NCBI GenBank assembly: GCA_964016885.1
Contig: OZ024750.1
Span: 19,902,001 to 19,966,000, forward strand
Reading direction: 5' to 3'
Origin: Eledone cirrhosa
Taxonomy: Eukaryota
DNA length: 64,000 nt
The translations under genes were made by a program, and so were the position numbers. Shown in pieces: positions 23,670 through 42,813 of the stretch (within the stretch, counting starts at the first letter, position 1; each line of letters starts with the position of its first letter). Under the pieces are notes generated by a model. The model ran no database searches. It saw only the letters and a program-made list of their open reading frames with translations, and was not told the origin of the DNA.

Positions 23670-24335
23670 TATATTAGAAAGATCGAGTATCGAAAAATCG
23701 GCGCACGAGTTCACGAAAAACGAAATTCGATATGAGCGGCAGAGGGCTCAATAATTCAGATGAATCAGAGCTATAACTATCGTTAAAATACCGTCACATA
23801 TAGAACAAGTCTACAATCAACCATACGATTTAAAATCGATAAAGGAAGATTCGGGCCAAACAGATAAAAAATATCAATAAAACAATACGTCAATAATTTA
23901 AATGAATGTAAAATCATACCCGGACCCACTAGAAAGGTGTTAAATCTAGCTTCATGGGTTTCTGTAAATCCTTAGACAGTACTCTATCAGCTCACATATA
24001 AATATAAAAGCCTACTAGAATAAGTGGAACGGAGTTTACGTTGTCAACGAGTTTTATCCTGGCGGCAAAGGAGTCAACTAGCGGTGAAAAACGCACATGG
24101 CATTAGACAAGGGAGATGACCCCTATATCCGCGAAAAAAATTCGAGTGAATGTGGAAATACACATATCGAATTAGAGTGCTCAATAGACATGTTAAAATA
24201 AAACAAAAGCTATTCATCACTCAATAGAATCGACAAAAAATGAGCAATAAAATTAACTGGTGGATAGCTATGTCCAGAGCTAAATATATTAGAAAGATCG
24301 AGTATCGAAAAATCGGCGCACGAGTTCACGAAAAA
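23670..24335 (+). mobile_element. non-coding ~615-bp-unit element with ~50-bp terminal direct repeat in TA-rich tract; structured-RNA candidate (copy B)
   Basis: TTAGAAAGATCGAG...CACGAAAAA at 23674-23720 is repeated at 24289-24335; conserved blocks colinear with 6970-7744. Confidence 0.75.
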
Positions 24336-25098
24336 TTATTATGTATATATATAATATATATACATAATACATATATATATATATAATATATATATTATAT
24401 ATATATATCCATATATATGTAATATATATAATATATATATATTATGTATATGTAAAGGTAGAGAAAGAGATAGATAGATAGAGAGAGAGAGAGAGTGAGA
24501 GAGAGAGGGCGAGAAACTGAGTGTGTTTGTGTGTTTGCAAACGTGTCTGTGTATGTGCGTGCAAATTACCTTTTTTTCCAATGTAAATGACACATAAACT
24601 ATGCCAGGAGTCCAGTTATCATTACATGCAACTACGTATCATATATATTTGCTTGCGGGAAAAATGTTCAGCACAATAATTACCGAATAAATTTATTAAA
24701 TATCATTAAGTATATACATATAAATATTAAGTTTTATTTATAATAATACCAAATTGGGTTTAATGTAACATAACGTGCTTAGTAATATTGCATGAATATA
24801 TTGAATTAGATTTCGAGAATATTAGAGTAAATAAAGATTCACTAAACAGTTATATAAAATTAACGGTTGTAATCTTTCTTTTCTTCATTTCTGGTTTTAC
24901 ATCCACATAGGTTATGAATTCCAAAATATTTAAATTTTAGATTGTTTGATAATATATATATATCATATATGAATGTTGTATCACTATAATCTCTAAATAT
25001 GTATACGCCAAAATAAACAGATACGAACAATCTCTCTCTGTCTCTCTCTTGTACACACACACAAACACACACAGAAGCACACAGACACATACACATGC

Positions 25099-25199
<101 letters not shown>

Positions 25200-26134
25200 A
25201 ATTTGTGTATTAAGGGATGTTGAATATAAGATTATAAAGAAACATTAACATTTAGTGCAGTGATAATCAAGACTAGGTTTCAAATTTATTAAACTATATC
25301 ATTGCCTGCGAATCCTTGTCTTGCTTCTTGCTGTTAGATTTCCTTGTCAGGAGAAATCAACAAAAAAAATAACCATCGTTTCCATCACGCCCCCCTTTGT
25401 TCACACACACACACACACACATACATATCTATATATATATATATTCGTTTATATTATTTTGTCTGAAGAATGTGTTTTTTATTGTTTTTATTGAATGTGT
25501 TTTTATTTAATTATCTTATGTTGTTTATTACATAACTATTAAGCTCTGTAACCTACATATAAACATATATATATAACAAATAGTTTATGCAAACAGCCAA
25601 CAACCTCTTTAAACCCATGTCAGTTGAATGACCCCGTTAATCTTGCTCTTTTTTTGGCATGTAAACAAAACTTCACACACTAATATTTGTGTGTCATTAC
25701 CCTTCATCAGTACAGTATACAGCTTACCCGGCAACTGTCAGATCTAGTGAAAATATGTAATATTTTGTAAAATATACAAGCATATATATATATATATATG
25801 TGTATGTGTGTGTGTGTATATATATGTATATGCATGTGTGTATGTGTGCACCTGTGTGTGTGCGTGTATGTGAGTGTATGTATACATATATATACGCTCG
25901 TATGTACTTATATACATGTGCCTATTTGTATGGATATGAATAGCTTCCGTATGTAGTTGTCGTTAATTTAATATTTGTTTCCCACCTCTTTGGCTTCAGA
26001 TATTATAATGCACTCAATTACAGCAAAACAAAACTTCCTCGTTTTCTCAACAACCATATTTGTACTCAAACCACACATATAAAGATTGCTAACTATCAAT
26101 TACATATCTCTCTCATTCTCTTGCTACACACACA

Positions 26135-27390
<1,256 letters not shown>

Positions 27391-28330
27391 TATGATCAAC
27401 TATGTTAATGAGTCATTTCTATACACCATCACGTATATACGTGATGTACTTACAGCAATATAACTTTTTTCCATAAACACACATATATATTCTTTCGAAA
27501 TATATTTAATTACTTTTATATGTAAAATATATTTGTAATGTGTTGTCAATCCTTTATGACTGGAAATCGTGTTGATATTATTTTCTAATAATATTCAATT
27601 ATGTACGATCATTTCCCAGTCGATATAACCGTTTAAAATATCTAGATATCTCTCAAAGCTGCTCAATATTTTAGTAACCTTCTCTTTATATCTGGATTTG
27701 TGTATGACATGAATAAACACACATTGTTTGATTTTGATAAGACCATTCTGTAAGCGAAGGTTGGAAGCATCATCAATTTTTTTCATTGTTCACGTAACTA
27801 ATCAAATTAACAATGTTTCAAGGAAACGCGTGTTTATTTAATTATGAATGCGTTTTGTCACAAATGCTATGACATTATCCATTAATTTTTATGTGCAACT
27901 GAAGCAAACTTTGCTTCAGTAGAAGGCCAATGAAAGACTTGAGAAGTCAGAAAATGCGTCACATCTCCGAGTTGACAGTCTTTAGGTGTTCAGGTTCGGA
28001 AAGGTTTTCATAATTTATTGGAAGGAACAGCACAAGGATAAATATATATATTTGAATAGAAAAAAAAAAAATAGATTTCGAAGATAGAATGTAAAGTACA
28101 ATAAGAATATATAAAACGAAAAGGAAGTGAAAGACAAGGGCTTTAGTGTTACAGAAGAATGATGAGGGGGAAGATATGTAGGCGAACATAACGATCGCCA
28201 AACCTATTTGTTTCAACACATGTATTACTTTACTGAACCAAAAAGAAAAACATTCACATATCATTATTATACATATAATTATTATCCAACGTATATCATA
28301 TATATATACATACAGACACATACACACACA

Positions 28331-28381
<51 letters not shown>

Positions 28382-28472
28382 CGAAGGAAATGTGGTAAGG
28401 AACCAGGTGGACCATAACGCCTCAAAGTACTCAATACTTGAGGTAGTAGAGTGGGTAATAGGAACCAGTAAG

Positions 28473-28566
28473 ACCCCGACAGCTGAGCTCAAGCCGTTTC
28501 GACGGCTAATTCTGGAGTAAATGAAAATTTATCCTGGTATTTAAATAGCCGATCTTCTCAAGGGGT
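28473..28566 (-). ncRNA. type I hammerhead ribozyme, U3-A8 core variant (left arm)
   Basis: Reverse complement of 30592-30685. Confidence 0.75.
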
Positions 28567-29321
28567 AATTCCATATATGGTCAAAGTGATTGTCAAAAAT
28601 CAGTAATGATTCTGTGGTTGCAAATTAGTAGGGGAGATGGTGGCTAAACCTGCCAGTAGGAGAAAGAGGGGAGGGGGTGGAGTAGACCCAATCAAGCGTT
28701 GGTAGTGCCAGCTACAGCTGGGCATGAGGTCAAAGAAGATACAGGGGAGGGGGAGGGGGAGGAAGTCGGAACGGTAGGTAGAACAATGGGGGGTAGAAAT
28801 ATATAGGAAAGAAAAAATACTGAGAGTGAAGAAAAGCAAATAAGTGTAAAGAAAAAGTAAAGTAAATTCTACGACCTAGGTCTCTAGCTATTGTTAGGCT
28901 AGAATAAATAAATAAAGAAAGAAAGAAAGAAGTAAAGAAAGAAATAAAGAAATAACGAAATAAGTAAAAGAACTAGGTGGGACGGTATAGGCAAGGACCC
29001 TTTTAAGAGGTATAAGTACGTAAATGGTACGGTGACTGGTCAACAAAAGGGGCCAAAATACTAAAGAGACTACCACGAAATAAACAATAAAGGTTTCCAT
29101 CCCGGGGACAATGCCAGAAACCACCCAGTGCAGCAAAGTGAACTAGTACGAGATAATAATTCTGATTCCCGAGAAAAATATATACTATGCTAACTCTAAA
29201 AGATCTAAAACAAGCTACAAGAAAGTTCGTACGAAGTAAAGGTAGAATACGGAAAAATAAATTCAGAATCCACCCCGCCCAAAAGAAAAGCGAAGAAAGA
29301 AATACTGAAACGAAAAAATAA

Positions 29322-29489
29322 CGCCGTCCGTGCAATTTATGCTCGGAGGAAACTTTACAAATGCTGTTTTCGACGGACCAACTCCTAAACAAGAAAGATG
29401 AACTGGTTACTGCATGTAAACATAGATTGCGTAGGACTTACCTCGCCCTCAAACCCCATAATGACCCGGGGGGGGGGGGGGTAAACTAG
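29322..29489 (+). pseudogene. C-terminal fragment of PLE GIY-YIG endonuclease ORF
   Basis: RRPCNLCSEETLQMLFSTDQLLNKKDELVTACKHRL matches the CxLC..E..I...LLNKR.E...CRH tail of Naiad-type PLE ORFs. Confidence 0.8.
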
Positions 29490-29524
29490 GGCTATAACAC
29501 CCCACTTGCCGATTTTGCAATGGG
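29455..29524 (+). promoter_or_regulatory. SECIS-like hairpin at the PLE ORF end
   Basis: CCCAT/ATGGG helix I; ATGAC...CGAT quartet; GGGGT/ACCCC upper helix; AAA bulge then TAG/CTA mini-stem; helix II distorted by a G14 run. Confidence 0.35.
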
Positions 29525-30591
29525 TAACTCCTGCTTGCCAAGGGAGACGTAAGATCTTCTTTGTATTCTTTTATCGCTTCCTTTATTTCCTTCCCCCCTC
29601 TCTCCTTAGTCCTTCTACCCCAGCTCCTCTCCTTTGTCGGCGTCTTTTCTCGCCCACCCGAGGCTGCCCTTTGGCCCCTTGTAGTCTTAGTACCCCCACC
29701 CCCTCCCCTAGTCTATGATAGATTTGGCGGACTCCGCCCTTTATAGCAGTTGGTTTAGACCCCGGATACTTGTCCCCTTTTTCCGACCGCTCCCACTATT
29801 CTCTGTGCCCTCTATATTTCTTAGTGGCACTTATGCCTTATTTTTTCGTTTCAGTATTGCTTTCTTCGCTTTTCTTTTGGGCGGGGTGGATTCTGAATTT
29901 ATTTTTCCGTATTCTACCTTTACTTCGTACGAACTTTCTTGTAGCTTGTTTTAGATCTTTTAGAGTTAGCATAGTATATATTTTTCTCGGGAATCAGAAT
30001 TATTATCTCGTACTAGTTCACTTTGCTGCACTGGGTGGTTGCTGGCATTGTGCCCGGGATGGAAACCTTTATTGTTTATTTCGTGGTAGTCTCTTTAGTA
30101 TTTTGGCCCCTTTTGTTGACCAGTCACCGTACCATTTACGTACTTATACCTCTTAAAAGGGTCCTTGCCTATACCATCCCACCTATTTCTTTTACTTATT
30201 TCGTTATTTCTTTCTTTCCTTCTTTCCTTCTTTCTTTCTTTCTTTATTTATTTATTCTAGCCTAACAATAGCTAGAGACCTAGGTCGTAGAATTTACTTT
30301 ACTTTTTCTTTACACTTATTTGCTTTTCTTCACTCTCAGTATTTTTTCTTTCCTATATATGTCTACCCCCCATTGTTCTACCTACCGTTCCGACTTCCTC
30401 CCCCTCCCCCTCCCCTGTATCTTCTTTGACCTCATGCCCAGCTGTAGCTGGCACTACCAACGCTTGATTGGGTCTACTCCACCCCTCCCCTCTTTCTCCT
30501 ACTGGCAGGTTTGGCCACCATCTACCCTACTAATTAGCAACCACAGAATTGCTACTGATTTTTGACAATCACTTTGACCATATATGGAATT

Positions 30592-30685
30592 ACCCCTTGA
30601 GAAGATCGGCTATTTAAATACCAGGATAAATTTTCATTTAGTCCAGAATTAGCCGTCGAAACGGCTTGAGCTCAGCTGTCGGGGT
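30592..30685 (+). ncRNA. type I hammerhead ribozyme, U3-A8 core variant (right arm)
   Basis: ACCCC-TTGAGAA-GATCGGCT...AGCCGTC-GAAA-CGGC(TTGAGCTCA)GCTG-TC-GGGGT; GUC cleavage triplet at 30678-30680. Confidence 0.8.
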
Positions 30686-30695
30686 CTTACTGGTT

Positions 30696-31490
<795 letters not shown>

Positions 31491-31622
31491 GTGATGTTTT
31501 TTTTACAAAATGAAAAATAACCGAGGTGTCCTACACGAGTGGAAGTATAAAGAAAAAGGGATGAAATCGAAAATGCAACTGAAGTCTTATTTTTTTTTAA
31601 AAATATATATATTTATTTGGTT

Positions 31623-31660
31623 CCTTTACCGGTTTCGCAGTTCTTCTGCTTTTCAAAAGG
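31623..31660 (-). ncRNA. 38-nt minimal type I hammerhead, UUGAAAA (U3-A8) core, in a TA-flanked segment 31485-31695
   Basis: CCTT-TTGAAAA-GCAG(AAGAA)CTGC-GAAA-CCGG-TA-AAGG; all three stems perfect. Confidence 0.8.
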
Positions 31661-31691
31661 TGAGTTGAGATGGAGGGTCTGTGGTTTTTCT

Positions 31692-31778
<87 letters not shown>

Positions 31779-32263
31779 GAGTATATATATATATATATGA
31801 TATACGTTGGATAATAATTATATGTATGTGATATGTGAATGCTTTTCTTTTTGGTTCAGTAAAGTAATACATATGTTGAAAATACATGTATCCGGATCAT
31901 TCCCATGGATAATGGAATATAGTTACACGTTTCTTTTATGAATGTCAACTTTTCGAGAAAGACAGATTACTATGGTTTTACACATAAATATAATCACAGT
32001 TCCTTTCTATCAAAAATTTATAATTAAAATAACTATAATATTTGGCAAGAAAACCTTAACGTTTACTTCACTAAATATTTACAGAAAGATATCGAATGCC
32101 TACTGTTATCATTACTTTAAATATTTACAAGAATTACATCATAATATGATAGAGTTTATCAATTTGAATCTAAGAGTGAAATACTCGGGAATATGAAAGT
32201 ATTCTCCTTATAATCAACATGTTTTATTCAAAGAGATTTAATTCCGATTTGATAATGATAATA

Positions 32264-32488
32264 CAAAAAACTGTTTTTTATATAGGCACAAGGCCAGCAA
32301 TATGGGAGGAGGGGAAAGTCGATTCAATCGACCCCACTGCGTTACTGGTACTTTATTTAATCGACCCCGTAAGGATGAAAAGCAAAGATAACCTCGGCGG
32401 GATTTTTACTCAGATCATAAAGGGCCGTATCTCCATGCTGGAAAGCATGGCGTCCGACCCTCTACCGATACTGCCAACCCACCGCCCT
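32264..32488 (-). mobile_element. SINE, long variant, with ~11-bp TSD
   Basis: Family sequence plus extra GGGGAAAGTCGATTCAATCGACCCC segment; TAATGATAATA on both sides. Confidence 0.85.
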
Positions 32489-32504
32489 TAATGATAATAT
32501 AATT

Positions 32505-32687
32505 AATTGTTTCTACATTTGGCACAAGGCCAGCAATTATTCAGTGTATTACTGGTACTTTATTTTATCGACCCCGTAAGGATGAAAGGCAAAGATAACC
32601 TCGGCGGGATTTGAACACAGAATGGAAAGGGCCGTAATTCTATGCTGCAAAGAATGGTGTCCGACTTTCTACCGATACTTCCAATCA
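32505..32687 (-). mobile_element. SINE, short variant (followed by an older copy ~32695-32830)
   Basis: Family sequence. Confidence 0.85.
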
Positions 32688-32903
32688 AAATTTAATTGTT
32701 GCTAATGGACCACAAATCCTCGAGGAAAGGAGACCATCGATTACATGAGACCTCTTACTCTAATAATACTTAATCTTTATGATCCTGGAAACATGAATGG
32801 CGAATTTAACATCGACGGAATTTGAACGCAGAGAATTAAGAACCGGAAAAAAGACCACTAAGAAATTTCCACTGCTGTAACAATAATACGAACATAGTAA
32901 TGT

Positions 32904-32966
<63 letters not shown>

Positions 32967-34948
32967 GTGTATATATATATATATATATATATACGTGTAT
33001 GTGTGTGTGTGTGCATGTGTACATGTGCGAGTGCGCGTCCGTGTGTGTGTATCTATATGTATAAGAGTAATACCGAAAATGATTTCTATTTAAAGTTTGT
33101 TGAAAATCCTAATTGAATTGCTGGAAGCTACAGGGAAATCGTTTCTTATAAGATTCTATGATGCAAAGAATATAAAATATTACGCAAATGTCACTGTATT
33201 TGATATATTCATTTCTTTTACATCATTTCTATGATTTGACATCCAATTTCTTCTATTTTAATATAGGAAGACTTTTCCTCTAAACATGTATATTAATAGA
33301 TATTCTCTTGGGAAGGCGAGTGCTTTTTTAAAAACTTTATTTATTTCATATCTATATTTCTTAGCTTAATTTTTCAACATTCATTTTCATTTGTATTCAA
33401 GATTTATATCAAATCAGCACCTGGGTATTTAGCAGCATTGCCGAGATAGACCATATGCCCCCGAGTATCAACTGCCCTAGGCAAGCTCAACCATGTACTA
33501 CTGAATCTTTAGCATTATCTACTAGCTATTGACCATCTCTACAATATTTATCTGAATATATACTTCTATGAGCTAGCTCTGTAATGTTTGACTGGTAATC
33601 TTATGCTCTACACCAGCTTTAAATATGTCCCTGAGTATTTAGTTTCCAGGGTGTGTTTAACAATTTTTGTCAGGCTATTTAGCGCACTTGCATAGATCGA
33701 TATCATGCACCCTGTTCTCCAAACGTTCTTAAATTCATCTTAAAGATTGTTCAAAATTTCTCCAAACTCTCTTAAATTCTGCTTAAAGGTTGGCAAATTG
33801 AGGGATCTTGTATCTGGCAGTTATTGCTCTCACCACAATTACTAAGCCAGCATTTTCCAATACAAGACCCAGGGTCAAAACACCATTCGACCTACCTGAA
33901 CGTGTTTGATATCTCCACTACCTTGTTAGGCAGGAAACTTATGTGAATTCTCAGTTTATAGCTGAAATTTTCTTCAGTAATGAGATTGTCCTTGTAACAA
34001 GCAGGACATTATTCTTAAACGTGCGTATATTGAATTGTTTCATTTCTTCTCACTTTAGATAATAGTGAGTAAATATAAAAGAGAAATATGTAATTAATAT
34101 GCTGCTGTTTCGTGGGGACTTAATTGGGGTGGGTGGGGTCTGGTGTGGGTGTGTGGGTAGTGTGGCTACAAGTTGGACATTTTAGGTGGTATGACAGTTT
34201 TTCCACTTGTCAATGATGATAATACATCCATATGATTTACGGCATTTAGTTAGGTGACGGAACTATCTAAATTCAAATTCCAGTGAGGTCAATTTGCACA
34301 TCCTTTGTTCCTTCCTTTATTGCTTCTTCCTTACTTATTTCCCCGATCGACAGAGGCTATCGATTACGCTGTGTAGTGAGAGTTCAGGACTAGAGATTCA
34401 AAGTAAATGGTTGAGGCATCTAGTTACAACCCTTTTCATTCTGAGTTCAAATCCTGACAATGTCAACTTAACATTTTATGTCACCTGGTCGAAAAAACAA
34501 AGTACCAGTAAAGTACTGGTTAGAAATAATTTAATTTCGCCTGCAAACATAAAGTTGGCCGCGTGAAAAGTCATTTTTTCTTTACAATTTATTTCTGCTA
34601 GTGTTGTATTGAAAGAAATGTCTATGTGCAGCTATGTTTTTTTTTATATTCGTTTCTATTTTCTTCTATTTCCTTGGTGTTTAGAATTTATGGCCGTTCG
34701 TTTGTTTTGTATATACGAGTTTGAACAGAGTATGTTGGTGTTTACCGCCCTCTTTTTAGTGTAATTGCGTGATGTCTTCGAATGTTTAATTCTAGGTTCA
34801 CAAAGTAGATTATACAATGCATTCTTATGCTTCGCCAATTATCATACGGAATGTATATATATATATTAAAAGCTTGTTTTATTGTATGGGATTTGTACAC
34901 TTTATGTTATTTTTCGGGGGTAACATATTTGCAAGCTCAGATATGTAT

Positions 34949-34982
<34 letters not shown>

Positions 34983-35054
34983 AAGAATTTGCATCTATAT
35001 ATTGTACTTGTACGTGGGTGGATATTAATAAAATATAATTTGATTTTACGGGTG

Positions 35055-35247
<193 letters not shown>

Positions 35248-36218
35248 GACAGAGTGTAACAAGTACATTGAGTCCATTTAAATATCGTTATTATAATTGG
35301 TATAACACTGCAAAATCAAACACCAATTTATTGTGGAGTGATTAGATCGTATTTCTGTTCAATGTAACCGCTGTTTGATTTCTTTAGCAGTTACAATTAG
35401 TTTACAAAACGATGTGAATATTTGAACTATTTCTTCCTTTTTATTTTTACCGAATGCACCAAATCTCAGTGGTGTTCGTTTGTTGCAATAAATGAGTACA
35501 GTAAATGCAGAGGAATTAAGTGAACTAAATTATAATACTCGTTTCGGATGCATTATTCATGAGAAAGTGTCCCTTACTGTGCAATGATGGGAGATGCAAC
35601 TCGTATCAGCAGATGCACTTCACGCCATCTTCCGTATGGAGCGCAGATAAGATAAAAAAGCCTTCGAACGGTGTAGAGATGTTCTTCTCGTTATACTTAT
35701 GTTATTATACTTCTACTTTTCTTTTTTAGTTTCGTTTTCAGTATTCCGTTCTTTTCTTTTCATTAGACATTTTCAACAGTATATTGAAAATGTAAGATCT
35801 ATTACAATAAATTATCAAATTTGATGTGAAATCTTCAATTAAGTCTGACATAGAACATCTGCAGGTGACCCCAGAGATTACGCTCACATGAATACATTTT
35901 ATAGTCAAACACTGTAATGTTTTAACTCAAAATATGTATGACGAAAATAAATAATTTATTACGCACTCAAGATTTACATAACTTTCATGCTATGTCAGCA
36001 GCAAACGGAATTTTGATATCTGCAATTGCAGAAACTCATAGTTTGTATCATATAAAACTTGGAAGAGGAATATATTATCATCTATAATTTAATATACATG
36101 CCCGTATGTATGTATATATGTATGTGTATCTAAGTATCTATATTGGAATGTATATATGTTGGTTTCTATGTAAACATGTATTTATGCATGTAGGCATGTA
36201 TATGCATATGTACATATA

Positions 36219-36326
<108 letters not shown>

Positions 36327-36597
36327 GTGGGGTTTGTCTTTGCAAGTTTTAACATGTGTATATAGAGAGAATGAGAGATAGAATAATAAAGATAGGTTGT
36401 GTGTTAGGTATGAAAGTCGTTGTGTATAATGCGGTTTCTGAACTCTACAAACCAAATTAATGTATTGGAAAATGTTACATTTGAATGTCTAATTAGTTAT
36501 GTAATTTCTGTATGTATTCATAAATTGTGCAATGTAATGCTGCTTATAAATTAAGGCAACGCACATAAAAACTACATGCATTAATACACACACATAC

Positions 36598-38300
<1,703 letters not shown>

Positions 38301-38856
38301 GTGTGTGTGTTTGTGAGCATATATAACCTCAAAAACATTTTGAATGTGCAATCAAAATGTAGAAAATAACAACAACAGCAAATATATAATGCGGAATTCC
38401 TTGTTTGCGTTCTGCCTTATTGGAACTGTAATCATGCTAATACACTTCCAGCAACAACAAAGATTTATTTACAAATAACATTAATTTTTAATGAGTTTAC
38501 ATAGTTGCAGCAATTATTTTAAAATCTGCCATGAATATTCTGTAATAGAATAATATATCTGAATATTTATTGTTCATATTGTTTTATTTATTCACATACA
38601 CACAGACACTCCCACCCACTAAGACACACACACATAAACACACACTTTCTTTCTCTCTCTCTGCCTCTCTCTTTCACACGCCCACACACACTATCTTTCG
38701 TTCTCTCTCTCTCTTTCACACAGCACTCACACACACACTCACACACACACATACACACACACATATGTACATAGAGAATGAGAGAGAGAGATGTGTGTGT
38801 CTGTGTGTGTGTGTGGGGGGGGTCATTAATATCACCAATTATTTACAGAGAGAGAT

Positions 38857-38928
<72 letters not shown>

Positions 38929-41900
38929 TTCATTATTAATATCACCAATGATATACTAAGAGAGAGGTAGAAAGAGAGAGAGAGATAGATAGAGAAATAG
39001 TTCATTATTAATATCACCAATGATTTAAAAATGAGAAAACACGTATATGTTAATTTTCTCCAAACATATCTTATTTTTTTTTCGTTTTAAATAATTCAAT
39101 GTATTGTTTATGTAAACGCTTTCCATTAATTTTCAAAAATGTGGAATATAAATTGAAATGAAAGTTTATCAAATAGAAAATACTTAAGCGTTTTTCATTT
39201 TTGAAATCAAAGTAAAGTAGAAACAAAACCAGAAAATAAACAACAGATGCCATACAAGTTTAATGTTGTGCGTACACGTAATATTAACACGCATTATATA
39301 GTATTATATATTTTATGAAACTACGATAAATATTACAAGATATAACGTATATTTAAGAAAGATTATATCATATCAAGTATTGAAACGGTAAGTATCTCAC
39401 GACGCTATTTTTAATGAACGTCTAGACAACATCTCTTGGAATTATGTTGTGGTATAATGTCAAGTTTGTGTTTTAATACTTGTATATCGTTGTATTTGGG
39501 ACATATTTTTATGGGGAAATGTTAGCGCGTAAGTGGCTCAATCTGCATATAACACAAACTACAATATCCTATAGTATTTTTATATCAATTTATTCCTATC
39601 TCCACCTTGATTGGCGCTTTCTCTAGAATTCTGGTGAAATTCAGAAACATGTTCTATTAGATATTTTTGACATTGCACAGGGATGTTAATTGTTTTCCAT
39701 TTACGGATTCCCCATTATCTGTGAATTTCTGTTCTCACATGTGATTGTTTTTTCACAGAGGAATGAGTTCCCCATCGTTAATTCATATTACCTTCTTAAT
39801 ATTGGATTTTGGAGCTGTCCACCGAGTCTATTTATGCTCATAATGTCAGAGGTTCCCATGTACCATCGACTAGGTGGGGGAAGCTTTAGTGGTTTGCTAC
39901 TGATGTTAATGATTTACTCTATTCAAATCAAAGGGGAACAAAGCAAATAAGTATTCTTTTACTGCCACATTTATAAATGTCTTACGGTACTTCGTAAGGG
40001 CACAACTCTAGAATTATATTGTGATCTGTGACATCATGAGGATATATTTCTTATGTGAACAAACTGCAGAAGATTTCACCAATGGTTTTCTTGACACCAA
40101 GAACCAGTACAATTATATGCCAATGTCGTCGCAGACGTCCATAAAAGTAATTCTGGCGTTCTTTCACACAAACTATTTAGAGGTGTTCCTATACTATTTT
40201 GGCGTGTTCTTATACGCTGTCCACGGTTTTGAATACGCATTATCTTCCTTAACTCCAGATTAGAGTGCTCTCGTTGGGTCCCTACCACGGCTTCCTTCAA
40301 CTTAGACCCACCATGATTAAATTCCACTTACATCTTAACGTAATTGATAATTAAAGTAGCAGTAAGTACTGGGGTAAACAGAAAAACAACTCACTGACCT
40401 TGATCTTATATTAAAAACTATTATCCCCATTATAGACTCTATCAATTATTATGTCATGCCATGCAATTTTACCTTCATAAATAATAAAACTAGCGGAAGT
40501 GAGCGGCTAAATATATACTCTGGGCTGGACATACTATTTCAGCTGCGTTCCACGGAAAAATAACGATGAATATATACTAAATGAATATGAATATAAATGG
40601 AATTAATATAATCAATTCTTGGATCATAGTGTGTGGTAGAAGCTCAACAGCTACTGTTGGCAAATCTATGATACTAAAGAAAAATGGAATTAAATAGGAC
40701 AAACACACATACGCAATACACGTACATACACGCCGATACACATGCACAGCACCCACACAGACATACCCACAGACACATGTGTAAATATATGTATGTAAAT
40801 ATTTGTGTATGGATGTATAAATCAATACTCGGAGCATTTCGACCACAGTTATATTCTATGCTTAACTTTACACAAGACTGATTTTGCCAGCATAAATCTC
40901 TAATAACGGATATCCCACGTTAAACGCTGTAATAAATGTTTAAAATATATTAATACGAATTTGATCAAACCAACTTGAATTAGGAATTGTTTCCTATTTA
41001 ATCATGAAAAACATCATAATTATTGTCTTCAGTATTACCACACATATCAGTTTAAGCAATGAAATTCAGTATTATCTCCAATAACTATTTAATCAAAGCA
41101 CATGTTTGATTACATGCTACATCGAATTTGGTGGTTCTTTTCAAAAATTATATTTTATAATTCTATAATATATTTCACTTCAGATGTAAAAGAAGACTAA
41201 TTAAACATGTGCTGCAGAAAACATAGTTGAAATAAGTTACAATTACGTGGATACTTGCTATGTAAATAACAAACTATAGCTCTTTCTCAATAAAATAAAA
41301 AAATAAAAATCGAAGCCAAACATGAAATAATGGAAATTATACACTGAAATCTATATGAAAATATATTCCAGCTTCATTTATTGTGATTATATATTTTTAT
41401 ATTTATCTGTAATGCGACGACTATATTTACAAATTAAAAATATCCAAATGCTTCCTAAGTCGACCGGGACTTGTGAAAGTAAATGAGATAAACTTTTCAC
41501 ACCATATTTCTATCTTAGCTGAATTTTGCACGTTTTAAGTTTCCGTAATATATTTAAAATATATAAAGAATGTAGGTCTTTGTATTACCAAGCATAGTCT
41601 GTTTATGGTCTACATGGTGAATTGAACGATCGTTAAAGAAATCCTATTAATTGCTTCCGTATTTCGTCTGTCTCTCGTGGATCTGTGCTCAAATCACGCC
41701 ATAAACAACATTGTGTTTCATACAATCTGGTACTATGGTTAGTAGATTTACTTAAATATTAAACAGTTAGATGGGGAGCAATGTGACATCCAATCCGGAT
41801 TTGCGTTCTACGTTCAAACATCACCTTCATGCGTCTGTAGCTGCGATAATTTCCTTGGTCCGATCTACCGATCGTCTCCCTTTTCTCTTGTTTTTTAATC

Positions 41901-42813
41901 TAATAGAATAGGCATCCAACAAAAGAAATTGCTTTACAAAAATAAAATAAATGCTCAGAGAATATGTCTTTAAAAAAGGGGTCGAAACGACAGATCCATT
42001 AGAGCTTCGGATTAAAAATCCCTGGGTATAAAAATCTGGGTATAAATCTTGCCGAATTCAACATAAGCTTACGTGATTACTAGAATGATAAACAAACAAC
42101 TAAACGAGTAATGCGATCGATTCTACTATTTTTACAATCTTACCTCTCTCTGAATCTGGAGAAGAATAGGGCCCGCCAGATTTAAAATTCTCAAGAGTTG
42201 TGGTATTTCGGGCCGTTAATCCTACGTTTACAGGGGAAATTTAAGGTCTTATACATTCACAATTATGTCATGATAGTTTTATTCACGTTAGTTACCAAAA
42301 ACCGCCGAGGTTAACTTTGCCTTTGATCCTTACGGTGTCGATAAAATAAAATACCAGTAACGCACTGGGTAATTGCTGGCCTTGTGCCAAAAGTAAAAAC
42401 AGTTATTTATAAATGTATAAAATACAATATTATTCTATTCTCCTCTCATACTATCAGTATTACTCTCTATGTCGTTATACATGAATATACATTGAAACGC
42501 AATACATTCACGCATTTTTACGGTATTCATATTCTGTACGTTTCCAAACATTTGTATATCAACGTACTTTATAATAAATTTAAATATAACTACTTTTTAT
42601 CTAATTAAATAAACCATATTTTTCGGAATATAAAACGCAAATACATTTTGAAAAACAAAAAAATGCCTAAGAGAAATGTTAATATTCAGATTTACATATA
42701 TAATGCTTGTGTTTCATATATTATTATTGTCACAAATAAAATATAGAGTTATTACCTCATATAGATACCCTGCAATTAACAAGCTCAAAGTATAAATACT
42801 GAGCATTATAATA

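Noticed and set aside
28600-30565. Paired hydrophobic ORFs (129/128, 80/80, 79/81 aa)
   Set aside because: Mirror translations of the T-rich inverted pLTR; no domain evidence.
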